Shown: piece after piece, positions 57,959-64,000 of the stretch
How the letters are laid out: each line of letters starts with the position of its first letter
How positions within the stretch are numbered: the first letter of the stretch is position 1
Origin: an uncultured Lachnospiraceae bacterium
GTDB lineage: Bacteria > Bacillota > Clostridia > Lachnospirales > Lachnospiraceae
Direction of reading: 5' to 3'
Length of the DNA stretch: 64,000 nucleotides
Assembly (NCBI GenBank): GCA_910586725.1
Contig: CAJUJL010000006.1
Coordinates: forward strand, 4,477-68,476
The notes under the pieces: generated by a model
Databases searched by the model: none
Told to the model about the DNA's origin: nothing
What the model saw: only the letters and a program-made list of their open reading frames with translations
Made by a program: the position numbers and the translations under genes

Positions 57959-60178
57959 TTACATCATCGTGTCGTCTCTAAGAACCTCCGTCAGACTGAT
58001 CTTGCGTATATTTCTCCACGCCAGAAGATAAGCCAGGACCATGGCTCCTAATATTGCCAGCATAAACAGAACAACCGGCACAAGAGGCGCCTCGGCCAGA
58101 AATTCCCCTGCAGCGACATAACTCATGTTCAGCATATACCATACGGCAGCCGTTGCCAGAGGAAGGGCAATCGCAATCGGACGGCACGCGAATATAACCG
58201 CCTCAATGCAAAACATTTTCCGGATTTCTCCCGGCGTCATGCCAATGGAGAAATATCTTGCAAATTCCCGTTTTCGCTGGCGCACGAAACCCATTGCATT
58301 GGAAAATACATTGCCAACGCCAATAATGGCGAGCAAGACGCAGAATCCTCCAAATATAGCCTTTAGCCCCCGTATCTGCGTTTGATTCTCTTCATATTCC
58401 TGTATGCGGTTTTCACTTTCCACAGTATTGTCCGCACTCACAAGCAAATCCAGTTTTTCCTGTAATGCGCGCAATTCTTCTGCCGCCGCGTTTTCTTCTC
58501 CAAGAACGCAAATATAAAAATCTTCTTCTGCGCCTCCAATCTGTCCTTTGATTTCTTTCCATAAAGACGCCGGCATAAAATGCACCAGCTCATAATAATC
58601 AGACGTTGCATATTCTTCTCTCAAGCGCGGCGCATCCTCTTCTTCTATATAAGACAAAACCGGTATTTCCGCCGCGCCCACTTCTCCAATCATCTGACTT
58701 AAACCATTCGCCTCATTTTTTACTTGCGGATTTGTTTTGATGTAAGGCATAAAATCCGGATGCCGGAAATCAGGATTCGTAACATCACGAATCTGATTTA
58801 AGATAACCGCCCCGTCAAGACGCGGCGCAATGCCCATCCTCTCACAATAAGACAGAAAACTCTTATCATCCAGTATGACAACCGGAGCATTTACCAGATG
58901 TCCTCCGTCCACTTTCTTTGCCTGTTCTTCAGACGCATGGGAAAATCCGCCGGCCAGCTTCATTTCTTCACTCATCTCTTCTTCTGTAATGATACGCCTT
59001 GCCATGGCTTTTTGATACACGATAACGCTTTTGATTCCAGGAATCGCGGAAAGCTCCTTCGTTCCTGCAAAAGAATCTATCTCTGCGTCTTTTACGGTAA
59101 TCATAATATCCCATACGTCTTGATACCGCTCAAAATACGTTTCTCTTGTGCTGATTACCGAAAGGGAAAAGAAGCACTGCATCACCGCAAATGCAAGAAA
59201 CGAAAAAACCAGGGATAAAGACGCTGTGCGCAAAGATTTCCGCTGCGCTTTTAATGCATTGACCGCCAGCTCCCCTTCCACGCCAAACAAAAATGCCGAC
59301 AGCCTGGAATTCTTTTTTCGCTTTAACTGAAGCTCCCCTGTGTTTTTGATTGCTTCCAGCGGTGTTTTCCTGCTTAACTTCCAGGCCGGAAGCCACGCGG
59401 AAATCCAGATTGTTATCACAGTAACCAGCAGCGTCAGGATAAAAATCAGGGGATGATAGCCCCAGACGGCTTCATGCCGTCCTGAAATCCGGCTTCCCAA
59501 AGCGTTTGCCAGATGAATCAGTCCCATGCTGCCCGCGATGCCAAGAAAGTTTCCGGCCAAAACCGGGATTGCGCATAAAGCGGCCGCTTCCTGTAAAAGA
59601 CAGACCCGGATTTGTTTTGGAGTAGCTCCGATACTTGAAAAAATGCCGAACTGATGCATCCTTGAATGCATGGATACCGCAAAGGAATTGTGTATAATCA
59701 CAATCAAAGAAACTGCCGCCATTGTCAGAATCAAAAGAAACAACGGAAATACCATTCTTGGCGCCGTATCGTTTTCATCCCGGATCAGATACATTGCCAG
59801 AAGCGGATAATTGTAAACGATCTTTTCAGGCGCGCATCCAATCATCTTCGCAATGTAGGGCGTACCGGAAAGAACGGCGCGCAAATCGTCAAAATAAATA
59901 TCAACGACCTCTTCTCCGCCTTTCTCATTGACCACCGCATCTTTTACATGGACAAAATTTCTGATGTCTTCGAGATCTTCCCTGTTCCATTCTCCTGTGA
60001 TCCGGCTATGCCATCCTCCTTCTTCAAGGGTAATGCGTTCCACCTCATACTTCCACATATTATAAAACATTCCGCATAACAAAGATAAAAGCAAAGCCGA
60101 GATCAAAGCGGAAAGGCGGATGGACAAACTGGATGAACGGTTGTTTTTCGTGAAATTTTTTGTATATTCTCTCCACAT
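57959..60178 (-). CDS. FtsX-family ABC transporter permease
   Basis: Two FtsX domains (RMHQFGIFSSIGAT; RKREFARYFSIGMT); ATG 60178 after GGAGGT. Confidence 0.9.
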   Translation of the reverse strand: MWREYTKNFTKNNRSSSLSIRLSALISALLLSLLCGMFYNMWKYEVERITLEEGGWHSRITGEWNREDLEDIRNFVHVKDAVVNEKGGEEVVDIYFDDLRAVLSGTPYIAKMIGCAPEKIVYNYPLLAMYLIRDENDTAPRMVFPLFLLILTMAAVSLIVIIHNSFAVSMHSRMHQFGIFSSIGATPKQIRVCLLQEAAALCAIPVLAGNFLGIAGSMGLIHLANALGSRISGRHEAVWGYHPLIFILTLLVTVITIWISAWLPAWKLSRKTPLEAIKNTGELQLKRKKNSRLSAFLFGVEGELAVNALKAQRKSLRTASLSLVFSFLAFAVMQCFFSLSVISTRETYFERYQDVWDIMITVKDAEIDSFAGTKELSAIPGIKSVIVYQKAMARRIITEEEMSEEMKLAGGFSHASEEQAKKVDGGHLVNAPVVILDDKSFLSYCERMGIAPRLDGAVILNQIRDVTNPDFRHPDFMPYIKTNPQVKNEANGLSQMIGEVGAAEIPVLSYIEEEDAPRLREEYATSDYYELVHFMPASLWKEIKGQIGGAEEDFYICVLGEENAAAEELRALQEKLDLLVSADNTVESENRIQEYEENQTQIRGLKAIFGGFCVLLAIIGVGNVFSNAMGFVRQRKREFARYFSIGMTPGEIRKMFCIEAVIFACRPIAIALPLATAAVWYMLNMSYVAAGEFLAEAPLVPVVLFMLAILGAMVLAYLLAWRNIRKISLTEVLRDDTMM

Positions 60179-60182
60179 AGCG

Positions 60183-60863
60183 CTACCTCCGCCGCTCGTC
60201 ACAAATGATGCGCCCGTCTTCCAGAGTAATGACGCGTCCGGCTTCCAAAGCCACTCTTTCATCATGGGTAATCAGCAAAATCGTCTGATTAAAATTGCGG
60301 TTGGAAAGCTTTAGCATGTCAATGATTTCTCTGGAATTTTTCTGATCCAGATTCCCCGTCGGTTCGTCCGCCAAAAGCAGCGCCGGACGGTACAGCAAAG
60401 CGCGCGCAATAGCAACCCTTTGCTGCTGGCCGCCGGACAGCTGATTTGGCAGCGCGTCTAACTTCTCTGACAGGCCAAGCGAAGCGATTACTTTCTCAAA
60501 AAATTCTTTGTTTGGTTTTTTCTTATCCAGCTTAAGCGGCATCTGTATATTTTGCCGCACCGTAAGCGTCGGAATCAGATTGTAAAACTGATATACCAAT
60601 CCTACTTTTCTGCGCCTGAAAATCGCAGCCTGTGTCCGGTTTAATGTGGACAAATCGGTTCCGTCGATCATCACCTTGCCTTCCGTAGGCTTATCTACGT
60701 TGCCAAGTATGTGCAGCAAAGTGGATTTCCCAGAGCCGGACGCCCCGATGATTGCTGCGAATTCTCCTTTCTCAAGGGAAAGATCGATTCCATCCAGCGC
60801 CACGGTCTGATTGCCGCTATTGCCATATACTTTTCTGACTCCTTCACATTTTAAAATCTCCAT
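60183..60863 (-). CDS. ABC transporter ATP-binding protein (LolD/SalX-like)
   Basis: [24 protein letters not shown] and ADEPTGNLD motifs; ATG 60863 after AAAGGAG. Confidence 0.95.
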   Translation of the reverse strand: MEILKCEGVRKVYGNSGNQTVALDGIDLSLEKGEFAAIIGASGSGKSTLLHILGNVDKPTEGKVMIDGTDLSTLNRTQAAIFRRRKVGLVYQFYNLIPTLTVRQNIQMPLKLDKKKPNKEFFEKVIASLGLSEKLDALPNQLSGGQQQRVAIARALLYRPALLLADEPTGNLDQKNSREIIDMLKLSNRNFNQTILLITHDERVALEAGRVITLEDGRIICDERRR

Positions 60864-60919
60864 TCTGATGTTCTCCTTTCGTCTGTATGCCAATCCCCGC
60901 GCATCACGTTTCCAGTTCC

Positions 60920-60951
60920 ATTCTAACAAACGAAAGTTACAGCTTAGTGAC
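60920..60951 (-). promoter_or_regulatory. OmpR-type box and -10 of the ABC operon
   Basis: AAAGTTACAG-4-GTGAC at 60933, 13 nt from -10 TAGAAT (60920); same geometry at 62718-62749. Confidence 0.7.
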
Positions 60952-62026
60952 TGTAAAATCTAATTTCAAACAACGCTCCCCTCCCTTCCTGATTTCTTGC
61001 GCGTATCGTCCCGTTCTGACGTTCAATCAGCTCCTTTGCCAATGCCAATCCGATTCCAATGCCGCCCTCTCTGGCATTTTGCCCCCGGTAAAACCGCTCA
61101 AAAAGATGCGGCATATCCTCTTTTGCAAAGCCTTCTCCATCATCCCAGATCAAAATTTCCGTATACAGGGGATTTTGTGCATAAGAACAGTGAATCATTC
61201 CTTCGTGACTGTGTTCCATACAGTTTTTCATCAGATTCATAACCGCCTCCATCGTCCAGTCCGGATCCAGCTCAACCATCATTTCCCCCAGCTCCGGTAT
61301 ATGAACGGAGGTCTTAGCTTCTGCAAACAATTCCTCTAAATTGTCCGCAGCAAGAACAAGCAAGGTAAAGACGTCTGTTTGTTTCCTTTGCAGCCGGATC
61401 GCTTCTGCATCCATTCTCGCTAATAAAAGCAGAGCCTCCTCCAAATGCGTAAGCCGCAAAATCTGTTTTTCGATCTGTTTGAGATGGACGCTGCCAAACT
61501 CCTGCTTCATCATCTGGACAGATAAAGAAATCGCTGTAATCGGCGTTTTTATCTGATGCGCAATATTAGAGAGATTCTCCGCAAATTCGTTTTTCGTCTG
61601 TAACGCCGCGTCTTTTGTCTGATAGAGATACGTCACCGTTTTATATATTTCATCTTCTAACTTTGAAAAATCATCCTCACCAGTTGCGGAGAGGATGATT
61701 GCTTTGCCAGTATTCACCTGTTCCAAATTTGCGGAAAGGGCCCGAATCCGTCTGTTTTCCATTTCATTCCGATACCAGAAGGTCAAAAAAAACAGCGACA
61801 TTCCGACCAAAAAAAACACCGTTAAAATCATAATATTACGCCGATAATACAAATCCAGGAAATCAAAAGCCGCATATTCCGCCATTTCTCCGCAATCCTC
61901 ATTGAGCAGCCGAAAGAAAATCCGTCTGTCGCGGTAAGAAATAAACAAAGCGGAGACAGTGGAAACAATCAGGCTGACAGATGCTGTCAATCCCAAAATC
62001 ACTACCATATTTTTGCGTCCGCTCAT
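60944..62026 (-). CDS. Sensor histidine kinase (HisKA/HATPase, short extracellular loop)
   Basis: IAHQIKTPIT, NLMKNCMEH, DDGEG and GIGIGL motifs. Confidence 0.92.
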   Translation of the reverse strand: MSGRKNMVVILGLTASVSLIVSTVSALFISYRDRRIFFRLLNEDCGEMAEYAAFDFLDLYYRRNIMILTVFFLVGMSLFFLTFWYRNEMENRRIRALSANLEQVNTGKAIILSATGEDDFSKLEDEIYKTVTYLYQTKDAALQTKNEFAENLSNIAHQIKTPITAISLSVQMMKQEFGSVHLKQIEKQILRLTHLEEALLLLARMDAEAIRLQRKQTDVFTLLVLAADNLEELFAEAKTSVHIPELGEMMVELDPDWTMEAVMNLMKNCMEHSHEGMIHCSYAQNPLYTEILIWDDGEGFAKEDMPHLFERFYRGQNAREGGIGIGLALAKELIERQNGTIRARNQEGRGALFEIRFYSH

Positions 62027-62694
62027 ATCGTATCCTCCATGCGGTACCCCACGCTTCTGACCGTTTTCAGACAGACCGGCTGTCCCAGCTTATCCCGCAG
62101 CCGCTTGATGGTAACGGTCAAAGTATTGTTGTTCACATAATTGCCATTTGCATCCCATATCTTTTCCAGAATTTTTTCTCTGGTAACCGTCTTTCCTTTG
62201 TTTTCCATCAGATACAAAAGCAGCTGGTACTCCACTGCGCTTAAAGCAATTTCCTCTGACCCACAGGAAACCGTACGGCCATTTACGTCCATCCGGATTC
62301 CGTCGCAGGAAAGATATTGCCGCGTCACATTTCCGGTTCTGCGCAACAATGCCAAAATGCGCGAATACAGCACTTCTAAAGAAAACGGCTTCACCACATA
62401 ATCATCCGCGCCGTTTTGAAAACCGGAAACTATATCGCCGGAATCCCCCCGAACCGTAAGGAAAATAACCGGCAGCTCTTTCCATTTGCTACGAATCCAC
62501 CGGCACAGGCCGTCTCCGCGTCCGTCCGGCATATTCCAGTCCAGCAAAACAAGGGCTGGCACATGCATGCCAATGGCATGCCTTGACTGTGCCAGCGTCT
62601 TACATATCGTCACGCGAAACCCTTTTTGTTCCAAATATTCTTTTACAACATCTGCAATATCCGAATCATCTTCGATATAATATAAATCAATCAT
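62023..62694 (-). CDS. OmpR-family response regulator
   Basis: IEDD, LLDWNMPD, GADDYVVKPF and TVRSVGY motifs. Confidence 0.95.
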   Translation of the reverse strand: MIDLYYIEDDSDIADVVKEYLEQKGFRVTICKTLAQSRHAIGMHVPALVLLDWNMPDGRGDGLCRWIRSKWKELPVIFLTVRGDSGDIVSGFQNGADDYVVKPFSLEVLYSRILALLRRTGNVTRQYLSCDGIRMDVNGRTVSCGSEEIALSAVEYQLLLYLMENKGKTVTREKILEKIWDANGNYVNNNTLTVTIKRLRDKLGQPVCLKTVRSVGYRMEDTI

Positions 62695-62717
62695 TGTCCA
62701 CTCCGCATTTTCTTTTC

Positions 62718-62749
62718 ATTATAACAAAATAAAGTTACAGATGCGTGAC
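62718..62749 (-). promoter_or_regulatory. OmpR-type autoregulatory box and -10
   Basis: AAAGTTACAG-4-GTGAC at 62731; -10 TATAAT at 62718. Confidence 0.7.
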
Positions 62750-64000
62750 AAATTCGCTTTTGGACGATTCCTCCTTTTCATTTTCCAGTTCTTCCCTCTT
62801 TCGGCACACCGTCTTCCATTCGCTGGGGGGCGCGTAATTCTTTGAAATTCCATCGTCTTCATACAGCACATACTCCACTTTCTCATCGGCAATGCCAATC
62901 CATACCAGATGATCCGCGGAAACATCCTGCGTCGTCTTTGCATCGTCCTCCAGAACGGCAAACGGCAGCATATGATTCTTTTTCACAAAAAACACGACTT
63001 CATCCAGCGCCACGTCCAGATAGTGATGGCCTCCCGCAAGCGTATGATACGTCCGCTCTTTGTCGGAACGCATCCGCACCATCAGCATTTCCTCCGGAAG
63101 ATATACATATCTGCCCTTCGCATTCTGCGTATACACCGGGGCAATCATCAGGCTTTCTCCGACCATAAGCTGATCCTCTACCAGATAAGCATGCGCATCT
63201 TCAGGATAGTCAAACGAAAGCGGCCGAAAATACAATGTATCCGATAACGCGGCTTTCATATATTCACTGTACAAATACGTAAGCAGCCCGTAGCGGATGC
63301 GGATCAGACGGCGAAAGCTCTCTGCCGCTTCAAACTGATACGCTTCCTGCCTCCTGGTTCCTGCCGCCGAATGATTTCGCATCAGGGGCGTAAAAATCGC
63401 AAACGCCATCCAGCGCAGCAGCAAGTCTTCCGTTGCGTCGCTTCCAAACCCGCCCAAATCAGATCCGGTATATAAAATTCCGCAGAGATTCAACGACGGC
63501 ATCTGCTGGATGCTGAGCAAAAGATGACTCCACCAGGATTCGTTATCCCCCGTCCAGATTCCGCCATAGCGATGCATACCGATATACGAAGAGCGCGAAA
63601 ACAGCAATAGCCTCTCATCCGGCGCAATCCGCTCAAACGCCTCCGCCGCGGCCCTTGTCATATAAAATCCATAAAGATTATGCACTCTGTCATGGCAGAC
63701 TTTTTGGCCGTTCATATCGTGGTAAAAACTTTTATAATCCTGCGGATGGTTGCAAAGCCCCTCCACAATTTCCTGCATATGGAAAAAATCATTCAGATCC
63801 AGATTGTCATCCTGAATCGACGAGATCTCCTCCAGTACTTTTTTCAGATTCTTTTCCGAATAAAAAATCGCCGGTTCATTCATATCATTCCAGAACCCGT
63901 CTATGCCCTGCGCAATCAGCCATCTGTATTTTCCGCCAAACCACGCCCTTGCCTTTTCATTCAATACGTCCGGAAAATGCACTTTTCCGGGCCAGACCGC
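62735..64000 (-). CDS. GH31 alpha-glucosidase; 5' end outside the window
   Basis: Frame is open to the window edge (AVWPGKVHFPD); catalytic GFWNDMNEP, WTGDN, GSDLGGF and PLMRNH motifs. Confidence 0.92.
   Translation of the reverse strand, partial: AVWPGKVHFPDVLNEKARAWFGGKYRWLIAQGIDGFWNDMNEPAIFYSEKNLKKVLEEISSIQDDNLDLNDFFHMQEIVEGLCNHPQDYKSFYHDMNGQKVCHDRVHNLYGFYMTRAAAEAFERIAPDERLLLFSRSSYIGMHRYGGIWTGDNESWWSHLLLSIQQMPSLNLCGILYTGSDLGGFGSDATEDLLLRWMAFAIFTPLMRNHSAAGTRRQEAYQFEAAESFRRLIRIRYGLLTYLYSEYMKAALSDTLYFRPLSFDYPEDAHAYLVEDQLMVGESLMIAPVYTQNAKGRYVYLPEEMLMVRMRSDKERTYHTLAGGHHYLDVALDEVVFFVKKNHMLPFAVLEDDAKTTQDVSADHLVWIGIADEKVEYVLYEDDGISKNYAPPSEWKTVCRKREELENEKEESSKSEFVTHL

Noticed and set aside
53647..62694. 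Mobile element carrying the two TCS/ABC modules
   Set aside because: The content is cargo-like, but no integrase, transposase, relaxase or att-like repeats were seen.

Overview
A 64-kb chromosomal window from a clostridial Firmicute; gene content and promoter/RBS style point to Lachnospiraceae (inference). Almost all genes are on the minus strand. Left to right it holds: (i) a truncated helD; (ii) a ~14-kb accessory island (1968-15755) of six secreted or LRR surface-type proteins, two tandem orphan LytTR regulators and a divergent XRE repressor; (iii) a housekeeping block (CAAX protease, gshA-like, folC, parC/parE, MocR regulator, DUF2225, glnS, yaaA, bcp, rqcH, recG, fakA, asp23) with a small Rpn-C-terminus-like cassette in front of rqcH; (iv) two giant tandem GH20 hexosaminidases; (v) yihY, a SpoIID-domain gene, a 3x45-bp hairpin array and 6S RNA; (vi) pckA, cdd, deoC, gltA; (vii) two two-component/ABC modules and a truncated GH31 gene. 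The best candidate for an undescribed system is the island, whose wiring is visible in the DNA. Two palindromic operators lie on or next to a perfect consensus promoter driving the LytTR pair (one canonical, one with a degenerate receiver). Three surface-protein promoters share the same geometry: a TATAAT -10 plus four phased ATGAC-type boxes. No CRISPR, tRNA, rRNA, integrase or intact transposase was seen. All family assignments come from motif recognition, not from database searches.
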